Below, one piece after another: positions 18,539-28,630 of a stretch of DNA of 38,760 bases. This DNA comes from Myxococcota bacterium. GTDB lineage: Bacteria; Myxococcota_A; Polyangia; Polyangiales; Sandaracinaceae. The stretch is taken from assembly GCA_036149055.1 (NCBI GenBank), contig JAYZQJ010000206.1:1-38760 (forward strand). Direction: 5' to 3'. A program made the translations under genes and the position numbers. Position 1 is the first letter of the stretch. Each line of letters starts with the position of its first letter. The notes under the pieces were generated by a model. It ran no database searches. It had not been told where the DNA came from and saw only the letters and a list, made by a program, of their open reading frames with translations.

Positions 18539-21500
18539 GTGCGGTGGCGCTTCTGGATCGATCGCGGCGGGACCTTCACCGACTGCATCGGCCTCTCCCC
18601 GGAGGGCGCGCTCCGCGTCGTGAAGGTGCTCTCGGGCGACGACGCGCCCCTGATCGGGATCCGGCGCCTGCTCGGGCTGCCGGACGACGCCCCCATCCCG
18701 CCCTGCGACGTCCGCATGGGGACCACGCTGGCGACCAACGCGCTGCTCGAGCGGCGCGGGGTGCCCTGCGCCCTGATCATCACCGAGGGCTTCGAGGACC
18801 TTCCGGAGATCGGCGATCAGACCCGCCCGCACCTGTTCGCGCTGAACGTCGAGAAGCCCGCGCCGCTCGCCGCGCGCACGGTCGGGGTCCCGGCCCGGGC
18901 CACCCCGGAGGGAGAGATCCTGGCGCGCGGCGGCGCGCTGACGCTCGATGGCGTCCAGAGCGTCGCGGTGGTGGTGCTGCACGGGCCGCGCGCTCCGGCG
19001 CTGGAGCGGGAGCTCGGCGCCCTCGCGACCGCGGCCGGCGCCCGCCACGTCTCGCTCTCGCACGAGGTCGACGCCGAGCAGGGCCTGCTCGCCCGGGCCG
19101 ACACCACGGTGGCCGACGCCTACCTCACGCCGCTGCTGACCGACTACGTCGGCCGACTCGAGGCGGCGCTGCCGGGGAGCGCGCTCTCGATCATGCAGTC
19201 GAGCGGGGCGCTCACCGACGCGCGCGGCTTCCGGGGGCGCAACGCGGTGCTCAGCGGCCCGGCGGGCGGGGTGGTGGCGCTCGGCTGGATCGCGGCGCGC
19301 CACGGGGTCGAGCGGGCGATCGGCTTCGACATGGGCGGCACCTCGACCGACGTCTGCCGCTGGGATGGTCAGCTCGACAAGACCTACGAGGCGCGGGTCG
19401 CGGGCGTGCGCCTCCGCGCCCCGATGATGGCGATCCACACGGTGGCGGCGGGGGGCGGCTCGATCTGCCGCTTCGACGGGCGCCGGATGTCGGTCGGCCC
19501 GGAGAGCGCGGGGGCCTCGCCGGGGCCGCTCTGCTACGGCCGCGAGGACGCCGACGCGCCGACCCTCACCGACGTCAACGTCGCGCTCGGCCGTCTGCCG
19601 GCGGACCGCTTCCCGTTCCCGCTCGACGCCGACCGCCCGCGCCGGGCGCTCGAGGCCCTCGCGGGCGCCGTGGGGCGCCCCTGGGACGAGGTCGCGGCTG
19701 GCTTCTTCCGGATCGGCGTGGAGAACATGGCCGAGGCGGTGCGCCGGGTGACGGTGGCCCGCGGGCACGACGCGAGAGACCACGCGCTCGTGGTCTTCGG
19801 CGGCGCGGGCGGACAGCACGCGTGCGCGGTCGCGCGGCGGCTCGGCATCCGCGAGGTGATCTCGCACCCGCTCGCCGGCGTGCTGAGCGCGTTCGGCATG
19901 GGGGTCGCGGACGAGGGCTGGCACGGCGAGCGGGACGCGCGAGGGCGGGTGATCGAGGCCGGCGCGCTCGCCTCGCTCGAGGCCGACTTCGAGGCGCTCG
20001 AGGCCCAGGGGAGGGCGGCCCTCGCCGGGAAGTGCCGCGCCGTGCGCCGCCTCGATCTCCGCTACGCCGGCACCGAGCGCGGCGTCGCCCTCGAGGTGGG
20101 CGAGCTCGACGACGAGGGCCTGCGCGAGGCGTTCTCCGCGCGCCACCGGGCGGAGTTCGGCTACGCCCGCGCCGCGCACCCCGTGATCGCCACCGCGCTC
20201 CGGGTCGAGGTGGTCCGGGCGAGCGCCGCGCCCGCGCTCCCGTCGGCGCCTCCCGGGGACGGCGCGCCCCTGCGGCGGGTGCGCGCCTGGATGGCCGGCC
20301 GGTTCGTGGACGAGGTCCCGGTCATCGCCCGCGAGGCGGTCGGCGAGGCGCTCGAGGGCCCCGCGATCGTGCTCGAGGACACCGGCGCGCTGGTGGTGGA
20401 GCCCGGCTGGTCGCTCGCCCGGGAGGCCGACGGAACGCTGCGGCTCCACGACCGGGAGGGGCCGCCGCGGGCCACCGCCACGACCGCCCTCGACCCGATC
20501 GAGCTCGAGATCTTCGCCAACGCCTTCATGTCGATCGCCGAGCAGATGGGCGCCGTGCTCCAGCGCACCGCCGTCTCCACCAACATCCGCGAGCGGCTCG
20601 ACTTCTCGTGCGCGGTGTTCGACGAGGCCGGCTCGCTCGTGGCGAACGCGCCCCACATCCCGGTGCACCTCGGGGCGATGGGGGAGACGGTGCGCGCGGT
20701 CGTCGCCGCCCACCCCGACCCGGCCGAGGGCGACGTCTTCGTCAGCAACGACCCGGCGGCGGGCGGCTCCCATCTGCCCGACGTCACGGTGGTCAGCCCG
20801 GTGTTCTTCGAAGGCCGCCGCCGCTTCTTCGTCGCCTCCCGCGGGCACCAGGCCGACGTGGGCGGCGTCACGCCCGGCTCGATGCCGCCGTTCTCCCGCA
20901 CCCTCGAGGAGGAGGGGGTGGTCTTCCGCGCCGAGCGGGTGGTGCACGGCGGCGAGCTCGACCGGGCCCGGGTGCTCGAGATCCTCCGCGGCGGGCCGCA
21001 CCCCGCGCGCCGCCCGGAGGAGAACCTCGCCGACCTCGAGGCGATGCTCGCGGCCAACCAGAAGGGCGCGCAGCTCCTCGTGGCGCTCGCCCGTCGGTAC
21101 GGCGCGGACGTCGTCGCCGCCTACATGGAGCACGTGCAGGCCGACGCGGCGGGCAAGGTCGCCGACGCCATCGAGGCGCTGCCCGACGGCGAGCACGCCT
21201 TCGAGGACGCGCTCGACGACGGCGCGCCGATCGCGGTGCGGGTGAAGGTGGCGGGCCGCCGCATGGAGGTCGACTTCACCGGGAGCGCGCCCGAGCTGAC
21301 CGAGGCGAACCTCAACGCGCCCCGGGCGGTCACCGTCGCGGCCCTGCTCTACGTGCTGCGCAGCATGGTGGGCGCGCCGATCCCCCTCAACGGTGGCTGC
21401 CTCCGCCCGGTGTCGCTCACGATCCCTTCGGGCAGCGTGCTCGATCCCTCGCCGGAGCGGGCGGTGGCGGGCGGCAACGTGGAGACCAGCCAGCGGGTGG

Positions 21501-22000
21501 TCGACGTGCTGCTCGGTGCGCTAGGCCTCGCGGCGGCCAGCCAGGGCACCATGAACAACGTCACCTTCGGCGACGCCACCTTCGGCTACTACGAGACCGT
21601 CGCGGGCGGCGCGGGCGCGGGCCCCGGCTTCCACGGCGCGAGCTGCGTGCACACCCACATGACGAACTCGCGCATCACCGACCCCGAGGTCCTCGAAGAT
21701 CGCTTCCCGGTGCGGCTGGTCCGCTTCGCGCGGCGCCGCGGCTCCGGGGGCGGGGGCCGCTGGCGAGGTGGCGACGGGGTGATCCGGGAGCTCGAGGCCC
21801 TGGCCCCGCTCTCGTTCTCGATCCTCAGCGAGCGGCGGGCCCGAGCGCCCTTCGGGCTCGCGGGGGGCGGGGACGGCGCGCGAGGACGGAACCTGGCCGG
21901 GGACCGGGAGCTCGCGGGCCGCGCGGTGGTCGAGCTGGCGCCGGGGGATCGCATTCGACTGGAGACTCCCGGCGGCGGGGGTTACGGAGAGTCCACCTGA
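18539..22000 (+). CDS. Fused hydantoinase A/B / ATP-dependent 5-oxoprolinase (OplA-type)
   Basis: [95 protein letters not shown] and TPGGGGYG. Confidence 0.93.
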   Translation: MRWRFWIDRGGTFTDCIGLSPEGALRVVKVLSGDDAPLIGIRRLLGLPDDAPIPPCDVRMGTTLATNALLERRGVPCALIITEGFEDLPEIGDQTRPHLFALNVEKPAPLAARTVGVPARATPEGEILARGGALTLDGVQSVAVVVLHGPRAPALERELGALATAAGARHVSLSHEVDAEQGLLARADTTVADAYLTPLLTDYVGRLEAALPGSALSIMQSSGALTDARGFRGRNAVLSGPAGGVVALGWIAARHGVERAIGFDMGGTSTDVCRWDGQLDKTYEARVAGVRLRAPMMAIHTVAAGGGSICRFDGRRMSVGPESAGASPGPLCYGREDADAPTLTDVNVALGRLPADRFPFPLDADRPRRALEALAGAVGRPWDEVAAGFFRIGVENMAEAVRRVTVARGHDARDHALVVFGGAGGQHACAVARRLGIREVISHPLAGVLSAFGMGVADEGWHGERDARGRVIEAGALASLEADFEALEAQGRAALAGKCRAVRRLDLRYAGTERGVALEVGELDDEGLREAFSARHRAEFGYARAAHPVIATALRVEVVRASAAPALPSAPPGDGAPLRRVRAWMAGRFVDEVPVIAREAVGEALEGPAIVLEDTGALVVEPGWSLAREADGTLRLHDREGPPRATATTALDPIELEIFANAFMSIAEQMGAVLQRTAVSTNIRERLDFSCAVFDEAGSLVANAPHIPVHLGAMGETVRAVVAAHPDPAEGDVFVSNDPAAGGSHLPDVTVVSPVFFEGRRRFFVASRGHQADVGGVTPGSMPPFSRTLEEEGVVFRAERVVHGGELDRARVLEILRGGPHPARRPEENLADLEAMLAANQKGAQLLVALARRYGADVVAAYMEHVQADAAGKVADAIEALPDGEHAFEDALDDGAPIAVRVKVAGRRMEVDFTGSAPELTEANLNAPRAVTVAALLYVLRSMVGAPIPLNGGCLRPVSLTIPSGSVLDPSPERAVAGGNVETSQRVVDVLLGALGLAAASQGTMNNVTFGDATFGYYETVAGGAGAGPGFHGASCVHTHMTNSRITDPEVLEDRFPVRLVRFARRRGSGGGGRWRGGDGVIRELEALAPLSFSILSERRARAPFGLAGGGDGARGRNLAGDRELAGRAVVELAPGDRIRLETPGGGGYGEST

Positions 22001-22515
22001 TGCGCTGGTGGTCCCGCCTCCGGAATGTGGTGATCAACCGCATCCTGGGCCTCAACGATACGCCGCACCGTATCGCCTGGGGCGTCCTGCTCGGCTTCGT
22101 GGTGGCGTTCACGCCCACCGTGGGGCTGCAGATGATGCTCTTCGTCGCGGTGGCGACGTTGCTGCGGGCGAACAAGGTCAGCGGGCTCCCGATCGTCTGG
22201 CTCACCAACCCCTTCACGGTGGTGCCCATCTACTACGCGTGCTGGCGCATCGGCGCGTTCTTCCTCGGCACCGACGACGACCCCGAGCGGGGCGCCGAGA
22301 TCATCGGCCGCCTGGTCGGCACCGAGACCGAGTGGAGCTGGGGCCGGCTGATCGAGTGGGCGTTCTGGGAGGAGGTCGGCCGCACGATGTGGGAGCTCGG
22401 CGCGGAGCTCTGGCTGGGCGGCCTCCTGGTCGGCGTGGTGCTCGGGCTGATCTTCTACCCGGTGACCATCTGGGGCGTGAAGGTCTACCGCCGCGCCCGC
22501 GGCATGCCTCACTGA
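22000..22515 (+). CDS. DUF2062-family membrane protein
   Basis: TGATG overlap with the upstream gene, DTPHRIAWG...FTPTVGLQ and WLTNPFT..PIY. Confidence 0.85.
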   Translation: MRWWSRLRNVVINRILGLNDTPHRIAWGVLLGFVVAFTPTVGLQMMLFVAVATLLRANKVSGLPIVWLTNPFTVVPIYYACWRIGAFFLGTDDDPERGAEIIGRLVGTETEWSWGRLIEWAFWEEVGRTMWELGAELWLGGLLVGVVLGLIFYPVTIWGVKVYRRARGMPH

Positions 22516-23297
22516 GGCTCTTCGCTGCCTACCTGTTCGAAGTGGCCGTGCCGGCCCGCGCCCTCGGCGAACCGGGTCGCGCCCGCGACCATCTCGGGGT
22601 CCCGGACCGTCTCGAGCCCGAGCGCGAATTCGTGGGCGAGCGCGTCCTCGAGGGACCGGCCGAAGCTCTCGTACGCCGACCTCCGGTCGCTCCGCAGGCA
22701 GGCCTGCGGGAACGCGGCCAGCTGCTCCGCCAGCGCCCGCGCCGCCTCGAGCCCCTGGCCGTCGGGCACCACGCGGTTCACCAGGCCGATCGCCAGGGCC
22801 TCGCGGGCGTCGACCGGGCGCCCGGTCAGGATCAGGTCGAGCGCGCGGCTCAGCCCGATGAGGCGGGGCAGCCGCACCGTGCCTCCGTCGATGAGGGGCA
22901 CGCCCCAGCGCCGGCAGAACACCCCGAGGACCGCGCTCTCCTCCGCCACCCGCAGGTCGCACCAGAGCGCCAGCTCGAGGCCGCCGGCGACCGCGTGGCC
23001 GGTGACGGAGGCGACCACCGGCTTGCTCAGCAGCATGCGCGACGGCCCCATCGGTCCGTCACCGTCGGGCTCGAGCCGGTTGGGCGTCCCCTCCGAGATC
23101 GCCTTCAGATCGGCGCCCGCGCAGAAGCTGCCGTGGTCGCCGTGCAGCACCGCGACCCGCTGGCCCTCGTCGGCGTCGAAGGCGCGGAACGCCTCGGCCA
23201 ACGCCTCGGCGGTGAGGCGGTCGACCGCGTTGCGCCGCGCCGGCCGATCGAGGATCACCGTCGTGATCGCGCCTTTCGTCTCCACCCGGATCGTCAT
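22509..23297 (-). CDS. Enoyl-CoA hydratase/isomerase (crotonase) family protein
   Basis: RNAVD, FCAGADLK, GHAVAGGLELALWCDLR and GVPLIDGGTVRLPRLIG. Confidence 0.93.
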   Translation of the reverse strand: MTIRVETKGAITTVILDRPARRNAVDRLTAEALAEAFRAFDADEGQRVAVLHGDHGSFCAGADLKAISEGTPNRLEPDGDGPMGPSRMLLSKPVVASVTGHAVAGGLELALWCDLRVAEESAVLGVFCRRWGVPLIDGGTVRLPRLIGLSRALDLILTGRPVDAREALAIGLVNRVVPDGQGLEAARALAEQLAAFPQACLRSDRRSAYESFGRSLEDALAHEFALGLETVRDPEMVAGATRFAEGAGRHGHFEQVGSEEPQ

Positions 23298-23342
23298 GGC
23301 GCGAGCCTACACCCGCCGGTCAGTCGTGTACCCTCCGCGCCC

Positions 23343-25076
23343 ATGAAGCGCTCCGGACTCCTCGCCCTCGCGGTCGCCCTGCAGGTGGCCGCGCCCGCCG
23401 CCGCTCAGCACGTCGTCGAGCCGGGGGAAGCCGACTGCTCCACCCCGCGCCGCGCGCTGCTCACCTTCCTCGCCAACCTGCAGGAGGGGGACGAGCACCC
23501 CGAGCAGGCCACGCGCTGCTTCGACTGGGGCGCCGTGCGGATCAGCGATCATCAGCGGCAGCACCACGTCGCGCAGCGCTTCAAGCACGTGCTCGACGCC
23601 CGCGGGCTCTACGTCCAGATGGACGACATCCCCGACGAGGAGGATCCCGCCGACGTCCAGAGCGTCGTGCCGTTCCCGAACACCCTCGCGCAGTTCTATC
23701 TGGTCCGGAAGGGCAGCCAGTGGGTGATCAGCGCCGAGACCATCCGGCACGTACCGGACTGGTACGACGAGACCTTCGCCTTCGACGTCGACACCTACCT
23801 CGAGAACGCGCCGAGCTGGCTGACCGAGCACGTCTTCGGCGTCGCCTGGTGGCAGCTCCTCGCGCTGATGCTGCTGCTCGCGCTCGCGTTCTTCGTCCGC
23901 TACCTCGTGACATGGATCGCGGTCGCGCAGGGCTCGCGCCTGCTGACCACGCTGGTCAAGACGCTCGACCGGCGCCTGCTCGACCGGGCGGCGAAGCCGA
24001 TCGGCACCGTCGTGATGGTGCTGATCCTCATCTACGCGTTCCCGACGCTCCGCTTCAGCGTCGAGGTGAACCGCGTGATCATCTTCGGGCTCAGCGTGGC
24101 GGCGGCGGTGAGCGCGGTGGTCATCGTCTACCGCCTGGTCGACGTCTTCGCGGACGTGATGGCCAAGCGCGCCGACGCCACCGACACCAAGCTCGACGAC
24201 CAGCTCGTCCCGCTGGTCCGGAAGTCGCTGAAGGTCGTCACCGTCGTGCTCGGGGTGATCTTCGTCCTTCAGAACATGGAGGTCGACGTCGCCTCGCTGA
24301 TCGCGGGCGTCTCCCTCGGCGGCCTCGCCTTCACCCTGGCGGCGCGCGACACGGTCGCCAACCTCTTCGGCTCGGTGAGCATCTTCGCCGACCAGCCGTT
24401 CCAGGTGGGCGACTGGGTGGTGATGCAGGGCGTCGAGGGCGTGGTCGAGGAGGTCGGCATGCGCTCGACCCGGGTGCGCACCTTCTACCGCTCGCTGGTC
24501 AGCATCCCGAACTCCAAGGTCGCCGACGGCGTCATCGACAACTACGGCGCGCGCGAGTCGCGGCGCACCTTCCTCAAGCTCGGCCTGCAGTACGACACGA
24601 CCCCCGAGCAGATCGAGGCGTTCTGCGATGGCGTGCGCGCGATCCTGGCCAACAACCCCGCGGTGAAGAAGGACGGCTACCACGTCTACTTCACGGGCTT
24701 CGGCGACTCGGCGCTGGAGATCATGCTCTACTTCTTCTTCGTGGTGGACACCTGGGCCGAGGAGCTCCGCCAGCGCCACCTCATCTTCCTCGAGGTGCTG
24801 CGCCTCGCCGACGAGCTCGGCGTGAGCTTCGCCTTCCCGACCCGGACCCTGCACCTCACGACCCGGGCGAAGGAGACCGAGATCCCCGCGCCCAAGCGGC
24901 TCGACGACGAGGCGCTCGGGGCCGCCGTGCTCGGCTTCGGGCCGGCGGGAGCCCTCGCGCGCCCGGCGGGCCCGCAGATCAGCCACGGCTTCTACCCCGG
25001 CTACGATCGCCCCGAGGGGCCGCACGGAGGCCAGGGCGACGACCCCGACGCGGATCAGGCCGACAGCCGCGAGTAG
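23343..25076 (+). CDS. MscS-family mechanosensitive channel with N-terminal periplasmic domain
   Basis: Signal peptide, STPRRAL..FL, several TM helices, LAARDTVANLFGS, DQPFQVGDW, EVGMRSTRVRT, IPNS and FAFPTRTL. Confidence 0.92.
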   Translation: MKRSGLLALAVALQVAAPAAAQHVVEPGEADCSTPRRALLTFLANLQEGDEHPEQATRCFDWGAVRISDHQRQHHVAQRFKHVLDARGLYVQMDDIPDEEDPADVQSVVPFPNTLAQFYLVRKGSQWVISAETIRHVPDWYDETFAFDVDTYLENAPSWLTEHVFGVAWWQLLALMLLLALAFFVRYLVTWIAVAQGSRLLTTLVKTLDRRLLDRAAKPIGTVVMVLILIYAFPTLRFSVEVNRVIIFGLSVAAAVSAVVIVYRLVDVFADVMAKRADATDTKLDDQLVPLVRKSLKVVTVVLGVIFVLQNMEVDVASLIAGVSLGGLAFTLAARDTVANLFGSVSIFADQPFQVGDWVVMQGVEGVVEEVGMRSTRVRTFYRSLVSIPNSKVADGVIDNYGARESRRTFLKLGLQYDTTPEQIEAFCDGVRAILANNPAVKKDGYHVYFTGFGDSALEIMLYFFFVVDTWAEELRQRHLIFLEVLRLADELGVSFAFPTRTLHLTTRAKETEIPAPKRLDDEALGAAVLGFGPAGALARPAGPQISHGFYPGYDRPEGPHGGQGDDPDADQADSRE

Positions 25077-25095
25077 GCCGCGCGTGGGATGAAGC

Positions 25096-25122
25096 GGGGC
25101 TCCTCCCTCCAGGAGGAGCCCC
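25096..25122. terminator. Strong hairpin between convergent genes (probable terminator)
   Basis: GGGGCTCCTCC-CTCCA-GGAGGAGCCCC, an 11-bp perfect stem with no clear U-tract. Confidence 0.6.
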
Positions 25123-25128
25123 TCTGGG

Positions 25129-25344
25129 TCAACGGTCGAGGTATCCGAACAGGATGCACGCGAGCAGCGGCACCAGCAGGACCAGCACGAAGAGGATGGC
25201 GGGCGGACCGGCCGTGAAGCCGTCCGGCACCTCTCCGGGCTGCGTCTCTCCGGGCTGGGCCTCGGGCGCGCGCTCGGTTGCGACGTCCTCCGCGGAGGCG
25301 GAGGGCGTACCTCTCCCGCGCGTCTCGGACTCGGAAGTCTGCAC
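25129..25344 (-). CDS. Small tail-anchored membrane protein (71 aa)
   Basis: SD AAGGAG before GTG, acidic disordered N-terminus and a single C-terminal hydrophobic helix (ILFVLVLLVPLLACILFGYL). The terminator hairpin follows the stop. Confidence 0.65.
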   Translation of the reverse strand: MQTSESETRGRGTPSASAEDVATERAPEAQPGETQPGEVPDGFTAGPPAILFVLVLLVPLLACILFGYLDR

Positions 25345-25428
25345 GCAGGTCTCCTTCCCTGCGCGAGGCAGGGAGCAGGATGTGGGCTCGGACGCGCGCG
25401 CTCGACCATCGGGCGCGCGCGGAGCCGC

Positions 25429-25740
25429 TCATGGGTCGTCGAGCGCGGGCGCGTAGCGAGGGATCGCCTCGCGCCGTGAGGCGCGGCTCGCCTCGGAGGT
25501 CCGGGCCGGGGCGCGGGCGGCGTGGGGCGCCGGGTGGACGGCGCGCTGCCGCGGCACGTAGCGGTGCGGAGGCGCGCGGAGGGCGTCCGGGGCCGCGTCC
25601 GCCGCCGGGGCGCAGGACGAGCCCAGGTGATCGTGGGTGTCGGCGCTCTGCCCCACCGTCGCCCGCGCCGGCGACGGGCCCGGCGCGAGCGCGAACAGAG
25701 AGGCCACCAGGCTGGCCCACACCGCGGTCCGCGCGCTCAC
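25429..25740 (-). CDS. Possible small exported/low-complexity protein
   Basis: Signal-like N-terminus (AVWASLVASLFALA), THDH and an internal LRAPP. It fills an otherwise empty gap but could be a shadow ORF. Confidence 0.3.
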   Translation of the reverse strand: MSARTAVWASLVASLFALAPGPSPARATVGQSADTHDHLGSSCAPAADAAPDALRAPPHRYVPRQRAVHPAPHAARAPARTSEASRASRREAIPRYAPALDDP

Positions 25741-25855
25741 CGGAGAGAGCGTGCATCGCCCGGCGCGCGGCGCAAGCCAGGATCGCGCGAGCGCGCCGAC
25801 GGCCTTGACGGATCGCGGCTGACCGCTACAGCAACGCTCACCGGAAGCCGCCCGC

Positions 25856-27937
25856 ATGCACCACGCCCACTTCGTCGCCGACATCGCCATCGTGCTCGGA
25901 GTGGGCGCGATCATCGCCGTGCTCGCGCGGCGGCTCGGCCAGCCGACCATCCTGGGCTACCTCTTCGCGGGGCTCATCGTCGGGCCCTACCTGCCGGTCC
26001 CCGTCTTCGCAGACGTCGAGCGGGTCACGGCGCTGGCGGAGTTCGGCGTCGTGCTCGTCATGTTCGTCGTCGGGCTCGAGTTCCGCATCGCGAAGCTGCT
26101 GCGGGTCCTACCCACCGCCGGGCTCACGGGGCTGATGCAAGTCAGCTTCCTGATCTTCTGCGGCTTCGCCATCGGGCGGGGCCTCGGCTGGGATCCCACC
26201 GCGTCGATCTTCCTCGGCGCCTGCGTGTGCATCTCGAGCACGATGGTGGTGAGCAAGGTCTTCGAGCAGCGCGAGGTCGCGCCGGACGTCCGGGAGCTCG
26301 TGCTCGGCGTGCTCGTCATCCAGGACGTGATCGCCATCGTGCTGATCGCGGCCATGACCGGCGTCGCGGCGGGCGGCGGGCTGGCGCCGACCGAGCTCGC
26401 GCTCACCCTCGCGCGGCTCGCCGGGGTGCTGATCGCGATGCTCGCCGGCGGGCTCGTGCTCGTGCCGCGGGTGATGAAGTGGGTCGCGGGCTTCGAGAGC
26501 ATGGAGCTCGACGCGGTCGTCTCCATCGGCCTCTGCTTCGGGCTCGCGCTGCTCGCCGAGAGCCTCGGCTACTCGGTCGCGCTCGGCGCCTTCATCGGCG
26601 GCATCCTCGTGGCCGAGTCCGGGCTGGGCGAGCGCATGGAGCACGCCATCCAGCCGGTGCGCGACATGTTCGCCGCCATCTTCTTCGTCTCGATCGGCAT
26701 GACGGTCGATCCGATCGAGGCGTGGACCAACCTGCCGACCGCGCTCCTCGTCTTCGCGGTGGTCGTGGTCGCCCAGCTCCTGTCGGTGGGCGTCAGCGGG
26801 CTGCTCTCGGGCAACGGCCTGCGCCGCTCGCTCACCGCCGGCTTCTCGCTCGGACAGATCGGCGAGTTCGCCTTCATCCTCGCCGCCATCGGGACCGGGG
26901 CCGACGTCGTGCCCGACAGCCTCCAGCCCATCCTGGTCTCGGTGGCGGTCCTGACCGCGTTCACGACCCCGCTCGCGGTCGGCTCGGCGCCGCGCTGGGT
27001 CCGCGCGGTCGACGCCGCGCTGCCCCGACGCCTGCGCAGCCTCATCACGCTCTACGAGGAGTGGCTCGAGCGCGTCCGCGCCCGGGGCGCGGGGGCCACG
27101 GCGCCGGCCCGCAAGGCGCTCCGGAACCTGATCATCGACGCGGTGGCGCTCCTGCTCCTCCTCGTGATCGCCGCGGTGGTGCTGCCGAACGCGCCGCGGT
27201 GGCTCGCCCGCGCGCTCGACGTGACCCCGGAGCTGGCGCGGATCGGGGTGGCGGTGGTGGCGCTCGTGATCGCGGTGCCCTTCCTCGTGGGCGCGGCCCG
27301 CAACGCCGTCCGCTACGCGACCCTGCGCGCGGCCCGGCTGCTCGGCGCGCCCGACGCGTCGACGCCGGCGATGGAGGTGGGCTCGAGGGCGCTCCGCGCG
27401 GTGATCCTCGCGGTCATCACCGCCGCGCTTGGCGTTCCCTTCACCGCCGCGCTCGGCTTCGTCGTCGGCGTGCCCTACGCGGCCGGCGCCTTCCTCATCG
27501 GCGTGGCCGGGGTGTCCGTCTACATCTGGCGGACGGCGGGCCGGGTCGACACCGAGCTCGAGGCGGCGGTGGTGCAGATCGGCGAGGCGCTCTCCACCCA
27601 GCCCTTCGGCGGGCCGCCCAGCGCCCACCTCTCGAACCCGGCGCTCATCAGCGGCCTCGACGACGTGGTCACCGTCGTGATCACCGCCGAGTGTCCCGCC
27701 GCCGGCAAGACGCTCGCCGAGCTCAACGTCCGGGCCCGGACCGGAGCCACCGTGATCGCGGTGCGGCGCGGGACCGAGAGCGCGACGCTGCCGGCCGGCG
27801 ATCAGCGCCTGGAGGAGGGGGATCTCCTCGCGATGACCGGGACCGAGGCGGCCCTCGAGGCGGCGCGACGCGTGCTGCAAGGCGGGGACGAGCAGGGCGA
27901 GGCAGGCGATCTGGAGCGTGCTACGTCTGACGCGTGA
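25856..27937 (+). CDS. Cation:proton antiporter (CPA2) with extra TM region and C-terminal TrkA-C/RCK_C domain
   Basis: QPTILGYLFAG, GLEF, ISST, QD, LGAFIGG, RDMFAAIFFVSIG, QIGEFAFIL and C-terminal GKTLAELNVRARTGATVIAVRR...LEEGD. Confidence 0.92.
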   Translation: MHHAHFVADIAIVLGVGAIIAVLARRLGQPTILGYLFAGLIVGPYLPVPVFADVERVTALAEFGVVLVMFVVGLEFRIAKLLRVLPTAGLTGLMQVSFLIFCGFAIGRGLGWDPTASIFLGACVCISSTMVVSKVFEQREVAPDVRELVLGVLVIQDVIAIVLIAAMTGVAAGGGLAPTELALTLARLAGVLIAMLAGGLVLVPRVMKWVAGFESMELDAVVSIGLCFGLALLAESLGYSVALGAFIGGILVAESGLGERMEHAIQPVRDMFAAIFFVSIGMTVDPIEAWTNLPTALLVFAVVVVAQLLSVGVSGLLSGNGLRRSLTAGFSLGQIGEFAFILAAIGTGADVVPDSLQPILVSVAVLTAFTTPLAVGSAPRWVRAVDAALPRRLRSLITLYEEWLERVRARGAGATAPARKALRNLIIDAVALLLLLVIAAVVLPNAPRWLARALDVTPELARIGVAVVALVIAVPFLVGAARNAVRYATLRAARLLGAPDASTPAMEVGSRALRAVILAVITAALGVPFTAALGFVVGVPYAAGAFLIGVAGVSVYIWRTAGRVDTELEAAVVQIGEALSTQPFGGPPSAHLSNPALISGLDDVVTVVITAECPAAGKTLAELNVRARTGATVIAVRRGTESATLPAGDQRLEEGDLLAMTGTEAALEAARRVLQGGDEQGEAGDLERATSDA

Positions 27938-28452
27938 GCGACGCCCCGCCCGCCGAGAAGAGGAAGCGCTCCTGGAAGCGCCTCGCGGTCGAGATCGCGG
28001 TGGTGATCGCCCTCTTCTTCGGGATCCGCGCCTGGCAGACGCGCGACGCCCCCACCGGCCCGGCGCCCGAGCTGCGGGGGCTGGACCTCGAGGGGACGGA
28101 GCTCGCGCTGGAGGCCGCGCCGGGCGAGCCGGTCCTCGTGCACTTCTGGGCCACGTGGTGCGGGGTCTGCGAGGCCGAGAACGGGACGATCGAGGGGCTC
28201 GCCGAGGATCACCGCGTCATCACCGTCGCCGCCCAGTCCGGCCCGTCGTCCCAGGTGGCCGCCTACCTCGCCGAGCGCGATCTCGACTTCCCGGTGGTGA
28301 ACGACCCGCGGTCGACCCTCGCGCACCGCTGGGGGGTGCACGCCTACCCGACCACCTTCGTCGTCGACGGCGACGGCCGGATCCGGCACACGGAGGTGGG
28401 CTACTCGACCTCCTGGGGCCTCCGGGCTCGCCTCTGGCTCGCGTCGTTCTGA
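27934..28452 (+). CDS. TlpA/redoxin-family membrane-anchored thiol-disulfide oxidoreductase
   Basis: N-terminal TM, FWATWCGVC and YPTTFVVD. GTGA overlap with the antiporter. Confidence 0.9.
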   Translation: MSDAPPAEKRKRSWKRLAVEIAVVIALFFGIRAWQTRDAPTGPAPELRGLDLEGTELALEAAPGEPVLVHFWATWCGVCEAENGTIEGLAEDHRVITVAAQSGPSSQVAAYLAERDLDFPVVNDPRSTLAHRWGVHAYPTTFVVDGDGRIRHTEVGYSTSWGLRARLWLASF

Positions 28453-28512
28453 ACGGCGTGCGCCGGCCGGGGTTTCCCGGTATGGTCGCCCGCCGATTCA
28501 CGGGAGCTTTTC

Positions 28513-28623
28513 ATGCGCAGAATCATCGTCGCCCTCGTGCTGTTCGCCCTCGCGTGCGCCCTCAGCGGCTGCCCCGTCTTCACCCGTGGTGGAGACGAGC
28601 GCCCGACGGCGGCGGAGGAGTAG
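28513..28623 (+). CDS. 36-aa pre-lipoprotein (not in ORF track): MRRIIVALVLFALACALSGCPVFTRGGDERPTAAEE
   Basis: SD GGGAG at 28502-28506, canonical n-region (MRR), h-region and lipobox LSGC, mostly G/C third positions. A TATGGT -10-like hexamer is at about 28481. Confidence 0.7.
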   Translation: MRRIIVALVLFALACALSGCPVFTRGGDERPTAAEE

Positions 28624-28630
28624 GGAACGC

